Below, piece after piece: positions 1 to 11,734 of a DNA stretch of 64,000 bases (positions are counted from its first letter, which is position 1; every line of letters starts with the position of its first letter). The notes below the pieces were generated by a model. The model made no database searches. It saw nothing but the letters and a program-made list of their open reading frames with translations, and was not told the DNA's origin. A program made the translations under genes and the position numbers. Source of the DNA: Octopus vulgaris (lineage: Eukaryota); the NCBI GenBank assembly GCA_951406725.2, contig OX597826.1:7688001-7752000 (forward strand). Direction: 5' to 3'.

Positions 1-259
1 TATATGTATGTATACATGTATATATAATATATGCAATATTTAAAGTAATATACTTATATATATTATATCTCAAATGTATCTATCTTTTTCTTAGTTCTCT
101 TCCTTTATATACATGTGTGTGTGTGTGCGTGTGTGTATGCATATGTTTATATGTGTATATATATGCGTGTATGTGTGTGTAGAGAGAAAAAGAGAACAGG
201 GCGAGAGAGTGTGTGTGAGAGAGAATGAGAAAGACGATGATAGAGATAGTGTGAAGTAG

Positions 260-342
<83 letters not shown>

Positions 343-1027
343 ACGAAAGAAAGAGAGAGTGTGTGAGTGTGGAAGAATATCATATCGTGAACGAACACAG
401 CTTTAAATTACATAATTATTGCTTGATTCTGCAGATCTCTAATGTTTCCAACTTCCGAAGTTGTAACAGAGAATAGTAGATTTGATTGGAACCGCGATAA
501 CTATACTCTAGTTGAATGGTATATAGTAGTTAGAAAATATCTGTGAATAGGGACGGTACAGGAAAACTATAACTTGATCACCTATGAAGTGATTAAAACT
601 ATAATCTATTTTATGGATTTCTCCAAGAGATTAACGGAAGCAATCGTTAAATTTCTTGTCTACAAAACATCTTAATATATTAAGACACGAATCATTGAAT
701 TAAATGGCCATTACATCATTAGATTTCTACCAAAATTTTTGACCAAAACAATGAATTTCCGGCTGGTAAAATCTTCACCGAAAATCTAAATTGCATCAAT
801 TACTATAAGTCCAACCAATAAATGTATCCGAAAACGTCAACAATTACTTATAAAAGAGTTTGTACGTGTGCGGGGTGGAATTGGTTTACTAGTAAGATAA
901 AATTTGAGTTCGATTTCAAACAGAAGATCATTTGTTTGGAATCAAGGCTATTGTTGTTATTGTTTCGTGTTTGCCGTTATTTTTGTTTTTGTTATTGTTG
1001 GTATTATTGTAGTAATTGTATTATTAA

Positions 1028-1204
1028 GGCGGTGTGCTAATAGAACTGCTGCTATGCCGGACAAAATGCTTAATGGAATTTTTTTCTGGCTTTTTATATC
1101 CATTCGGGATCGCTAAAATAAAATAAATCGAATACTGTGGTCGAGGTAATCGATTAACCTGCCACCCTAAAGTTGAGACCCTGGTGCCAAAATTTGAAAT
1201 CATT
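1028..1204 (+). mobile_element. Degraded Deu/Nin-domain-like tRNA SINE (family S3, tail B)
   Basis: Starts GGCGGTGTGCT and ends GTGCCAAAATTTGAAATC, like other S3 copies in the window. Confidence 0.6.
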
Positions 1205-1237
1205 ATTGATATTGTTATTATTATTATTGTTATTATT

Positions 1238-1770
1238 GTGCATGCCATCAAAGTGATACTGGGGTAAAATATACGAAGCCCAGTATACCCATCATGACTA
1301 CCTGCCTGATAAGGGTACACCAGGCACATGAATCACAACCATATGTGCGCGACATGGTGATCTCATATCAAGATAAACAGCACATGACCTTGCAGGTGGG
1401 GCCCAGTTAGAATTTTCTTCTGGTTGAATAGCCCATCCCACTCAAAAGGTCCCTGAATAAGTATTGTTTAAGGATGTTGAACAAACCACCCAGGTTTCCA
1501 AAGGAGAATTATCCGAACCCCAAAAAATTCCTTTCAACAAATGGCTATGATGCTCCCCCACTACTTTTGCTTGTGATCAGAGATGCACATATCGTCAGCC
1601 ACTAAGGGACATGTTCAACTGGTTAAGGTCAAACAACTGACTAGCAAATCTGTGGTATTGAGCAGAATATTTGCTGTAGCCCATCTTTTATACCAAGACA
1701 AAACAATGTACATGATAACACTTCCAATCAGTTAAGATGAGAAGCCATGAGAGCCACTGTCTGGTACTGT
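1238..1770. mobile_element. Unclassified ~530-bp interspersed element sitting between (ATT)n tracts
   Basis: Complex, higher-GC block with sharp edges bounded on both sides by ATT repeats; no ORF; single copy here, so its repeat nature is inferred. Confidence 0.45.
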
Positions 1771-1771
1771 A

Positions 1772-1817
<46 letters not shown>

Positions 1818-2043
1818 TTCATTTCATTTCTGAGTGATTTTGATTTCGTTTGCTCTGGCTAATTCTGAAGAGCGGACAGCGACCTGTAGTCAAATATCTC
1901 AAAGGATCATTTTGCGCGGTACTGAACATGTTCTACCCCTATGTCAATCCCAATGTTTCCTACAAATTTCTCAAATCTAGTTGTGATGCTCACAGCGCCT
2001 CAGCAACTATTGGGATGGCAGTTATTTTCTTCATATTCCATAT
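1818..2043 (-). mobile_element. R4/Dong-type (RLE) non-LTR retrotransposon 3' end, decayed
   Basis: Minus strand reads WNMKKITAIPIVAEAL, then (frameshift) ITTRFEKFVGNIGIDIGVEHVQ, resembling the C-terminal IPIVxGALG region; short 3' UTR then (TAA)n tail at 1771-1817. Confidence 0.65.
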
Positions 2044-2200
2044 AGAGCGGCGTAAAATTGCCTGGTCGAAACATTTTCGTCACTTTATATTCTAGGTTCA
2101 ACCACCGCCAAATTCTACTTTGCCATTTATTCCTCTGGGACCAGATAAACTAAAATACCTGTCATACACTGATATATATACTTGTATATATATTGACAGT

Positions 2201-2501
2201 GGAGGCACATGTCCTAGTGGTTAGAGCAGCGGACTAGCGGTCGTAGAGATTGCGGGTTCGAATCTCAGACTGGGCGATGTGTGTATTTATGAGCGAAACA
2301 CCTCAGCTCCACGCGGGTCCGCCAGAAGGTAATGGCGAACTTCTGCTGACTCTTTCGCCACAACTTTCTCTCACTCTTTCCTCCTGCATCTTGCAGCTCA
2401 CTTGCGACGGACCGGCGTCCCGTCTAGGTGGGCAATCTATACGCCAAGGAAACCGGGAAATCGGCCCTTATGAGCCAGGCCTGGCTGGAGAAGGAACAAA
2501 C
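2201..2501 (+). mobile_element. tRNA-derived SINE family S1 (tail 1), nested in a decayed S3 SINE
   Basis: Box A-like GTCCTAGTGG and box B GGTTCGAATCT; shares head and tail with the 6824-7127 copy. Confidence 0.8.
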
Positions 2502-2599
2502 ATATATACTCACATATGCAAGGTCGATTGAAACAGTTATGTCCTTCTTCCTCAAATTCATTGTTTTCTGTCTAAATTAGTATTTTATACCTTCTATAC

Positions 2600-2800
2600 G
2601 AAAGTTATTTTTCTCGCGCCATATTTGTTCATTCATTGTATTGCGAACTTTTCCGACCATTCATGCTGAACATGTTTTCTTCACTATACCTACTTCCAGA
2701 TTAAGATCTTGTTTTTCAAGGTTTGCTCTCAAAAATATTTACCATTGATTCCAAAGCTTCCATAATAATCGGCAATGTCATGAACTTGTTAAATTCTCTG
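2600..2800 (-). mobile_element. Second, more decayed R4-like LINE C-terminal fragment
   Basis: Minus strand TLPIIMEALES...LEKQDLNLEVGIVKKTCS resembles the IPIIxGALG...LQKxxLL end of RLE LINE ORFs. Confidence 0.4.
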
Positions 2801-2869
2801 CTGCAGGTTTCCACAATGAAAGTTCCACAATGAAGGTTCTTAGCACGTACTACTCTTCCTTATTCCTTT

Positions 2870-2954
2870 TATTATTATCATTATTATTATTATGATTATG
2901 ATTATTATTATTTTTATTATTATTATTATTATTATTACTTATTATTATTATTAA

Positions 2955-3004
<50 letters not shown>
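2870..3004. repeat. (ATT)n microsatellite
   Basis: Direct reading. Confidence 0.95.
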
Positions 3005-3005
<1 letters not shown>

Positions 3006-3467
3006 ACTATTCTAAAGTGTACGAGTCACAGCGATTACGTTAATGTTGCATATATTCTTGTTGTTGACGACTGCAATATACAGCCTGCTGTGTTATACTC
3101 TTCATTCTTTTAGTATTAGAAAGCCCGACAACAACGTCACTTCAACTTTTTCGAGGGATTCCATTTCTCTTCACAGAAAACGGTTATAGGATCATTTTTA
3201 TTTTATTCTGTATTTTTTTTTATGCGCATGCAAAACCAAATTTCCTGCAAAAATTCTAGTGCATTGTTAAATGAATCTTATCATATCTACGTTTTTTTTT
3301 TGTATTCATTCTAAGCTAACTGTAAGTATGCAATACAATGTGCAATGTAGTTTCCTCTGAATTATCGTACATTCTGAATTGCTGTTATTTTATGTAAACA
3401 CCAACCGAAATTGTACACGGTCCTTGTAATGTTCTCTATGCATGATACCAATGTAAAAATAAAAGAA

Positions 3468-3558
3468 ATTATCATCATCATCATTTTCACCATCGTCATT
3501 ATTATTATTATTATTATTATCATTATTATTATTATTATTATTAACATCATCATCATGA

Positions 3559-3611
<53 letters not shown>

Positions 3612-3651
3612 ATCATCATCATCATCATCATCATCATTGTTATTATTATTA

Positions 3652-3706
<55 letters not shown>

Positions 3707-3730
3707 GAATATCATCATTATTGTTATTGT
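3468..3730. repeat. (ATT/ATC)n compound microsatellite
   Basis: Direct reading; source of the poly-Ile ORFs. Confidence 0.95.
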
Positions 3731-3733
3731 TAA

Positions 3734-4172
3734 GGCGGGCGACCTGGCAGAAAGGTCATTTCGCCAAAAAATATGCTTAGCTGCATTTCTTCCGACTTCC
3801 TGTTCTGAGTTCAAATGCTGTCAAGGTTGACTTTGCGTTTCATATTTTCGTGGTCAACATCAAAATACCAGTCACGTACTGAAACCGATGTAATCGACAT
3901 GCCCCATCCCCTAACATCTAAGCGATTATTATTATTACTATTATTATTATTATTAAGGTAGCGAGTTGGTAGATTTCTTAGCACCGAGAGAAATGCATAG
4001 CGATATTTCGTCCGTCTTTACGTTTTGGGTTCGAATTCTACCGCGGTCGACGTTGCTTTTATTCTTTTCGGGGTAGATGAAATAAATACCAGTGAAACAC
4101 TGAGGTAGGTGTAGTCGACTAGTCTCTTCCAACCAAAAATTTCAGGTCGTGTGCCCTTGAGTAGAAAGGATT
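3734..4172 (+). mobile_element. Two tandem S3 (Deu/Nin-like) SINE copies, ~3734-3912 and ~3957-4172
   Basis: Each has GAGTTCAAAT/GGTTCGAAT box B, GGTYGACTTTGC..TTTCAT and TGTARTCGAC motifs. Confidence 0.75.
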
Positions 4173-4194
4173 ATTTTTGTTGTTGTTGCTGTTT

Positions 4195-4246
4195 TCTTCT
4201 TCTTCTTCTTCTTCTTCTTCTTCTTCTTCTTCTTCTTCTTCTTCTT

Positions 4247-4330
<84 letters not shown>

Positions 4331-4368
4331 TTTCTTCTTCTTCTTCTTCTTCTTCGACTTCTTCTTCT
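4195..4368. repeat. (CTT)n(CTA)n(CTT)n microsatellite
   Basis: Direct reading. Confidence 0.95.
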
Positions 4369-4840
4369 TGTTTCCAACAGGACTGACGCCATTCGTCACA
4401 AACAATAATCTCTAATTCGAGCCTACCCTAAGCTACTAAGAATGCGTGTGGCAACATGAAAATCCACCCACCACGCGCGATAGACAGGCGGTTGCACGGG
4501 AGCGAAAGCCACGTTGTTATCCTCATTCTGTAAAAGGTGGATTTTAACGGGTGGAGAGGTGAACCATCCTGAGTTACAGAGGATTCGCAATCTAGACTAG
4601 GGTCTGAAAGTTTATCACACTATAGTGGGTTACACCATGGTTCCTCTGCTTTGTGACAGAAGTAGAAAGAAAGAGTGAGAGAAAGTTGTGCTGAAAGAGT
4701 ACAGCGGGGATCACCACCCGCCCCTGCCGGAGCTTAGGTGTTTTTGCTCAATAAACACTCAGAATGCCCGGTCTGGGAACCGCAACCGCGTTCTTACGAC
4801 CGCTAGTCCGCTGCCCTAACCACTGAGCCACTGCGCCTAC
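4369..4840 (-). mobile_element. SINE family S1 head with a distinct long tail (tail 2) ending in (GAA)n
   Basis: 4660-4840 matches the S1 head on the minus strand; the unique 4369-4660 segment runs into (GAA)n. Confidence 0.65.
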
Positions 4841-5127
4841 ACACCTGTTGTTGTTCTTCTTCTTGGCGTTTTCTGTTGCTGCAGGAAGATGGCAAAATTC
4901 TTAAAGCGCTCATAAAATATTTAACTCAGCTCTTTATTTTCGGAGTTCAAATACTGCGAGATAAATTCTTCCTTTTATATCAGTCGATAAAATACTGTAG
5001 TAGTAAAGCCTTGTGCTCGACGAAGTTATCTGATCTCTTCCATTCAAAACTGCTTGCACTGTACCTAAATAGGAAATACTTCTGTTAACGTTAATATTAT
5101 TGTTGTTGTAGTTCTTGCTGCTACTAA

Positions 5128-5350
5128 GGCAGCGAGGTAGCAGAATGGTAAGCACACCGGGAAAATTGCTCATCGGCATTCCGTCCCACATTACGCTGTG
5201 GGCTCAAATTCCGCCAAGATCAACTTTACCTTTTATAATTTTGGGGTTCGATAAAATAAGAAATAAGAAAATGGGGAACACTGGGGTCGATCTAATCGAC
5301 TTACCTCCTAGACCGAAATTGCTGGCCTTGTGCTAAAATTTGAAACCATT
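5128..5350 (+). mobile_element. S3 SINE, tail B
   Basis: GGCAGCGAGG head...CTGGGGTCGATCTAATCGAC...GAAATTGCTGGCCTTGTGCTAAAATTTGAAACC. Confidence 0.8.
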
Positions 5351-5376
5351 ATTGTTGTTATTGTTGCTGCTGCTAA

Positions 5377-5840
5377 GGCGGCGAGCGGGCACAATAGTAA
5401 GCATGCCGGGAAAATTTGCTATCGGTCATCCGTCCCTCTGTACGTTGTGAGTTCAAATACCTCCGTGATCGAGGTTGCTTTTCCTTTTTTGTGGGTAATG
5501 AAATATCTATTTCTTTACTACCCACAAGGGGCTAAACTCAGAGAAGACAAACAAGGACAGACAAATAGGTCAAGTCGATTACATCGACCCCAGTTCGTAA
5601 CTGGTACTCAATTTATCGATCCCGAAAGGATGAAAGGCAAAGTCGACCTCGGCGGAATTTGAACTCAGAACGTGACGGCAGACGAAATACCGCTAAGCAT
5701 TTCGCCCGGCGTGCTAACGATTCTGCCAGCTCACCACCTTTGTAATGAAATATGCACCATCCAAGCACTGGGGGTCGATGTAATCACCTGGCTCCCTCCT
5801 CCCAAATCTCAGACCTTATGCCCATAGAACAATCAATTAT
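5377..5840 (+). mobile_element. Older S3 SINE interrupted by a younger S3 copy
   Basis: Head at 5377-5506; resumes at 5742 with CACTGGGGGTCGATGTAATC. Confidence 0.75.
5507..5741 (-). mobile_element. Young full-length S3 SINE (tail A) with 12-bp TSD
   Basis: TSD GTAATGAAATAT at 5495-5506 and 5742-5753; contains the GCCTTTCATCCTTTCGGGRTCGATAAA Deu/Nin-like core. Confidence 0.92.
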
Positions 5841-6264
5841 TATTCTTGTTATTGTTATTAATCGGCAAGCCGGCAAACGTTCCTTATATTATCTTAAAGT
5901 AAGATCTGTAAAGAGATATGTTTAGTATTTCTAACAGGTCAAACTAATATAAAGAAGCTTCTTCTACCGCTCAAAGCCATGATATTCGCTTACGATGGTG
6001 CTTCTTATACCATTAATAGTGACATAATGATAACTTAAACAATGCAAAAGAAATATATACAAAATCAATTAAAACTGAGCATTTAATTGCAAAATTATAT
6101 TCCACGCTGACAATTGTTAATTAGCAATTATGACTGGAGAGAAATTTGAAGAAATTAATTTATATGTATTTTACGTAACAATATTAACAAGAAAAATTGT
6201 ATATTAATTTCTCATCTCTATCCACCAGGGCAAATAATATAAAGGAAAAAATATATACATACAT

Positions 6265-6405
6265 GTTTTTCTCTCCTCATTCCTTTCTTTTGAGGAGCAT
6301 AAGCTCGAAACGTCAAAGACTTGTTCCATTCTTCTCGAGCGTCAAACTAATACACCTTGATTGTGGTTCCTGCGCCTGTCTCTATCTTCTGTTTTTTTCT
6401 TTTCG
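6265..6405 (+). mobile_element. Degenerate hammerhead-bearing pLTR-like element (family H-A relative)
   Basis: CTTT-CTTTTGA-G-GAGC-ATAA-GCTC-GAAAC-GTC-AAAG at 6283-6318: stems I and II intact, core mutated; downstream resembles 8480-8550. Confidence 0.6.
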
Positions 6406-6689
6406 TGTGTGAGTGCGCGTACGTGTGCGTATATGGGTGTATGTGTGTGTGTGTGTGTGTGCCTGTATGTATTTAAACAAAGTGAATGGACACTAATGTA
6501 TCACTGGCCATCGGGGTATATTTGAGTACCTTCGATAATCATAAATATGACGGCAATAAACATTACCGAAATACACATGTTCAAGCACGCTTAAACTCCA
6601 GAACCAACCACTGTGAGATGGCTGTGGGAATGAAATGTAACGACGATCAATGACGGTTCCCCAGGAAGTCCATACACAGCAGAGTTTTG

Positions 6690-7715
6690 TTAAGATATTA
6701 AGACATTTCAAGCCAGTCGCTGAAAAAGCGAGAAGACTTTGACTTCCCGATGTTTGACTGGCTTGGTGTGCTAGTTCAGCTGTCGATCTACACATCCAGT
6801 TATAAGCACGTATTCATATAAGCGTCGCCCTTTTCTAGCCTAGCCAGGCTCATGGGCCCGGTTTCCCGGTTTCTGTGGCGCATGTGTTCCCCCCAGCTGG
6901 ACGGGCCGCCAGTCCATCGCATCGTTACTCAAGAAACAGGAAGAGAGAGTGAAAGAAAGTTGTGGCGAAAGAGTACAACAGTGGTCGCCACCCACCCCCT
7001 GCCGGAGCCTCGTGGATCTTTTAGGTGTTTCGCTCAATAAACACACACAATGCCCGGTCTGAGAATAGAAACCGCGATCCTCCGACCGCGAGTCCGCTGC
7101 CCTAACCACTGGGCCATTGCGCCTCCATATGTATCCATGTAAGGAATCTCAAATAGAGAATCATTTGCATATCTTACAAAACTTCACTGTGCCGGTAAAA
7201 GATCAGATCTGGAGAATGGGCGTTAGATTCTTTTGCTCTTTCTTCCAGAAGCCTAATATTTTTAGATATTTGTGTAAATTGGTCGGTGCATAGACAAATG
7301 CATTTACATAGGATAGGAACAAATGAAAATTTATTGTCAGGACACAAGAGTTGTAAGTTTCGCGTTAATTCACCACAAAGTTTTACATTTTTCCTTCTGA
7401 TGACACATTTACATCCGCTGGACAGGTGATCACTACAACACTGCACGAATTCCTATTATGTGTTCACCAAATTCCTGTTTTTATCTGAGTGTTCCGCTAG
7501 TATTCCTTCTTTTAAAAAAGTGAGAATACATGGTGGTTCTGATAAGTAAGGACAATGATTCCATAGGATAGCATTGTAAATCGTCTTTGCAATTATGTCA
7601 TGCTTCAGAGGCAGGTAGTATCTCATACACTTTTTGGAGCAGCTGCCGATGATGTGGATATCTTCCACGAGAATTTGGCATAACCGGTATTTCTGTCATC
7701 TCCAATCAAGTTTCT
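6690..7715 (-). mobile_element. R4/Dong-clade LINE 3' fragment (zinc knuckle-RLE region plus 3' UTR), interrupted by a SINE
   Basis: Minus strand EDIHIIGSCSKKCMRYYLPLKHDIIAKTIY, then ELTRNLQLLCPDNKFSFVPI and LQI*SFTGTVKFCK; frameshifted; homologous to 38076-38820. Confidence 0.8.
6824..7127 (-). mobile_element. Full-length SINE S1 (tail 1) in the LINE 3' UTR
   Basis: Head GGAGGCGCAATGGCCCAGTGGTTAGGGCAGCGGAC; diverged 16-bp TSD candidate 6807-6822 / 7128-7143 (12/16 match). Confidence 0.9.
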
Positions 7716-7767
7716 CCTTCATATTAAACCATCTCTACGTATTAAGTTCAGGTTTTCTCGTGTTACT

Positions 7768-7828
<61 letters not shown>

Positions 7829-7831
<3 letters not shown>

Positions 7832-7882
7832 AGAGTTCACAAGAAAAATAAAAGACGAAAACAGGTGGTGTAGAAAACAAAC

Positions 7883-7885
<3 letters not shown>
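7829..7885 (-). mobile_element. 3' tail fragment of family H-A inside (TA)n
   Basis: GGGAGAGTTCACAAGAAAAATAAAAGACGAA is a diverged reverse complement of ~8530-8561. Confidence 0.75.
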
Positions 7886-7919
<34 letters not shown>

Positions 7920-7973
7920 TATATATATATATAGTTATATATAAGATATATATATATATATTATATATATATA

Positions 7974-8120
7974 GTTGAAATTTACAGAAAAAAACAAAAG
8001 ACGAAGACAGGTATATAAACAACAAACAGGTGTATTACTTTAACGCTCGAGAAAGTGAGAAGGTCTTAAACTTTTCGAGCCTACGCTCTTCAACAGAAAG
8101 GAACGTGAGGAAATAAACAG
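7974..8120 (-). mobile_element. H-A subfamily copy with decayed hammerhead
   Basis: Minus strand CTTT-CTGTTGA-A-GAGC-GTAG-GCTC-GAAAAGTT at ~8065-8100. Confidence 0.7.
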
Positions 8121-8298
8121 ATCGAAAGTAAAATATAATGTCAGTACAGGAAAAAAGAAGGAAATATTATATATATATATATATAATCAAAATATGCTTA
8201 TTTTGATTATAATCACCCCATGGATTAATATGGATAACACCATACAAAATTCTGGTGCATCTAGCTTAAGTACCATATTCATTTGAATCTGAATTTTG

Positions 8299-8373
<75 letters not shown>

Positions 8374-8375
<2 letters not shown>

Positions 8376-8558
8376 CGCCATGATAGATCGTTTGCCACTA
8401 CACACATTTTCTTCTCTCCTTGTCTTTTCTGTGTCCCTTTCTGTAGAAGAGCGTAGGCTCGAAACGTAAAATACTTTTTCTGTTCCTGGTGCGTTATACT
8501 AATACATGTTTGTTTTGTACAACACCTGTCTTCGTCTTTTGTTTTTTTCGTAAACTCT

Positions 8559-8561
<3 letters not shown>
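8374..8561 (+). mobile_element. ~190-bp hammerhead-bearing pLTR-like element (family H-A) embedded in (TA)n
   Basis: Flanked by (TA)n on both sides; colinear with the inverted copy at 58146-58326. Confidence 0.85.
8437..8472 (+). ncRNA. Minimal type I hammerhead-like motif, A6U variant
   Basis: CTTT-CTGTAGA-A-GAGC-GTAG-GCTC-GAAAC-GTA-AAAT; palindromic ACGT in place of stem III. Confidence 0.65.
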
Positions 8562-8618
<57 letters not shown>

Positions 8619-9721
8619 CTCCCTTCTATTTTCCTGTACAGACATTACCTGAAAAAGGTTTGTGTATTTCTTTCAAGCATTGTCATCAATATTGAGCAGA
8701 TTTCGATTTTTATTTGATATAGTAATGAGTTATTGGCGCATCGATAGGGCATTAGACTCAATACATCGAAAATTACGTTTACGTCCAGCATAATTCAATC
8801 GCACAAGTGTTTTTCTCAAAACATTACCCATCCACTTGCTTTAGAGGTCCCTCTAGAGATATTCCCCAAACTCCGCTACAAAACTCTACCTCATCTACAT
8901 TCCACCCATAATCCGAGCAATCTAGTATACTGAGTGTCTTAATGCTGCAAAATTTATCGAAGGGAAAACAAGGACTGAAATTTCTTGAAGCTAATGTCAT
9001 TAAGAACTTAAAAGGCAAACAGCGGCTTTAATTACGTTTAATGTTGAAAATCAATGAGTTCAATGCTGTAACTGTTCCAGCTATCCACTACACTGAATAC
9101 GCAGTTTATTTCATCGACTTCTAATTTATGGGAAATAAATTTGACTTCGGCAGGATTTGAACCAATTATGTAAAGCACGAGAAAAATGCTGTAATACTTT
9201 ACTGGATAGAGTAAAGGTTCTCCTTATCCATCATATTTGGTGGAACATTACGAGAGGGAAATTTACAACTGCTTCTATTTTTCTATTGGATATATTTTCG
9301 ACGAGAAAACTGAAAAGATGTGAGCTAATCATAAATGAGTATCTGCCTATTAGCGACAGGAAATCTCAGACGAGTGAAGTTTGTTGTTTAGAACAGGAAG
9401 CTAGATTGTCTCAAGTAAAACCGGAATCTGTGAACAAAAGTATTGTTCAGTGTCGGCAATAACTCTTCAATATATATTTTCCTTCTACTCCTTTTTTGTC
9501 AAAAAATATGGATTCATAGTCAGCCTGAGTGGCTTTTGGTTTATTTTTGTTTTCTATACTCTCATCAGAAGCGTCAGACACCTCCGCACGACAACTATTG
9601 GATGGACCTAAATATCAAAAACGCAATGTTTGGAATATTTTAAAAAATTGCTGTGATGGAACGAAATAAATATCTATCTGGTCATCTGTGTAGTTTTTCT
9701 ACAATATATTCCAGGTAGGAA

Positions 9722-9956
9722 GGCGGCGAGCTGGGAGAAACGTTAGCGCGCCGGGCGAAATGTTTAGCGGTATTTCGTCTGTCGTTACGTTCTGAGTTCT
9801 AATTACGCCGAGGTCGACTTTGCCTTTCCTCCTTTCGGGGTCAATAAATTAAGTAAAAGTTACGCACTGGGGTAGATGTAATCGACTTTAATCCCTTTGT
9901 CTGTCCTTGTTTGTCCCCTCTATGTTTAGCCCCTTGTGGGTAGTAAAGAAATATAT
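9722..9956 (+). mobile_element. Full-length S3 SINE (tail A) with 16-bp TSD
   Basis: TSD ATATATTCCAGGTAGG at 9704-9719 and 9957-9972. Confidence 0.92.
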
Positions 9957-10150
9957 ATATATTCCAGGTAGGTTTAGTGAATTCGTTAAATGAATAAACT
10001 TGACAAAGACGAATTTTGACAGCCTTCATCTGAAAAGTTGAAACAATATAAGATAGGGATAACTTCATTTAAAATACCGGATTTAATGTTAATCTGGTTA
10101 ATAGTTACATTTCTGTGAGTAGAAGGATTATCCTATATTTCTTTTCGAAA

Positions 10151-10189
10151 CCCCTCTGTGTTTAGCCCCTTGTGGGTAGTAAAGAAATA
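10151..10189 (+). mobile_element. Severely 5'-truncated S3 tail A insertion with 17-bp TSD
   Basis: TSD TATATTTCTTTTCGAAA at 10134-10150 and 10190-10206. Confidence 0.9.
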
Positions 10190-11149
10190 TATATTTCTTT
10201 TCGAAATTGCTGAACATGCTCAAACCTACTTTACTTGTGATGTATATTAACTGACAACAGATTAGAACTATTTTTTCATTTTGAGAAGCGGAAATTTATT
10301 TCACTTGTAAACAAGGAAGTGAACCAGAGAGTAAACAGTCGGCAGTACTTGATTATTAAACCAGCAAAGTTAACTCTTTGGAGACATTGGTTGGTGTACC
10401 AATTACGAGTAATATTCTTGAAACGACAGTTATAGAATTGTACCTATGGAAACACTTATTATTACCGGTTGGTTGTTAGAATTGCATATATGGTCGTGCT
10501 AGACATATGCCATATAATTGTGACACTCTATGATTTCAGTTTATAAGGGTTAATATTTTCCTGTCAATACTTCGGTTTCAATAAAATAATTACTTCGAAA
10601 AACAACCAACAAGAAGAGAATACGATTGAAACGATTGCACTTTGTCCTCAGAAATGTCTTATTATCTCAGTGAAAGAAATCATCAATATATCTGACACTT
10701 AAAAGTACATAAAGATCTTATGTTTATCTTAAGAAGTTTATTTGCTATATTCCGAGAGATAATGAGTGCTAATTCTTCACCTAATATACTAATTGGCCTT
10801 GGGTTTTATTTAAACTCGCAGAAAAAGAAAGCATTATTTTTCTAGTTACTAGAACCAAGTAGAATATAACAACGCCCACATCTACATACAACAAATCAAC
10901 TCAGCAAAAAAGTGAGAAATGGCTACAATTTCAATCGGTAATAAACGTATTTGTTTATTAAGCGTCAGCTGTGAAACAATTTATTTAAATATCGTGTAAA
11001 TTATCCTTTACACATAACAGCATTTCTTGAATATGTTTTAAACAGAGACGTAAAGTGTATCTTGTTAATACTAAAAAACACCTGGTCTTTCCCAGTTGTA
11101 CACTATTATATGTTATGCTAATTATCCATATATTTTTTATTAATACTAC

Positions 11150-11360
11150 ATTCAGTTTCGTTTACCATATTCTCTCACAAGGCTTTGATCGGCCCGTGGC
11201 TATAGCAGAAGACACTTACCCAAGGTGACATGCAGTCTGCGAGACTTTGCCCTTCAGCTTTTCGGGGTCAATAAAACAATTAACAGTTGAAAATTGGGAT
11301 CCATGTAATCCACATTCCCCGTCCCTGAATATTGTCCTGTGCCAAAATTTGAAACCCTTA
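11150..11360. mobile_element. Adjacent fragments of S2 (minus) and S3 (plus, 3' half)
   Basis: CACAAGGCTTTGATCGGCCCG..GAAGACACTTACCCAAGG, then GACTTTGCCCTTCAGCTTTTCGGGGTCAATAAA. Confidence 0.7.
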
Positions 11361-11383
11361 TTATTGTTGTTGCTGTTGCTATT

Positions 11384-11734
11384 GAGCGAACGGTCTTCAT
11401 CCCAGAGCACGCAAGACGGGGGAAGTCCGAAACGTGGTCCTTTGCTATTCGTAAGACCCTCAGAAGAGAAAGCAGGTCAACCCCCGACACCGAGAGCATC
11501 GACGGATGGATGAATGCGCATCCATGCTCAGCGGTTGCGTAGGAAGTCGGGGACAAAAAGCAGGAAGAAAGAGTGAGAGAAAGTGGGAGCGAAAGAGTAC
11601 AACAGGGGTCGCCACCCCACCCCCCTGCCGGAGCCTCGTGGAGCTTTAGGTGTTTTCGCTCAATAAGCACAACGCCTGGTCTGGGAATCGAAACTGCGAG
11701 TCCGCTGCCCTAACCACTGGGCCATTGCGCCTCC
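11384..11734 (-). mobile_element. SINE S1 head with tail 3
   Basis: S1 head at ~11560-11734; unique tail 11384-11560; flanked by TTGCTG repeats. Confidence 0.8.

Noticed and set aside
6567-6621. Possible 55-nt minus-strand exon with CAG acceptor and GTAATG donor
   Set aside because: Such signals are common by chance and the peptide is unrecognised.
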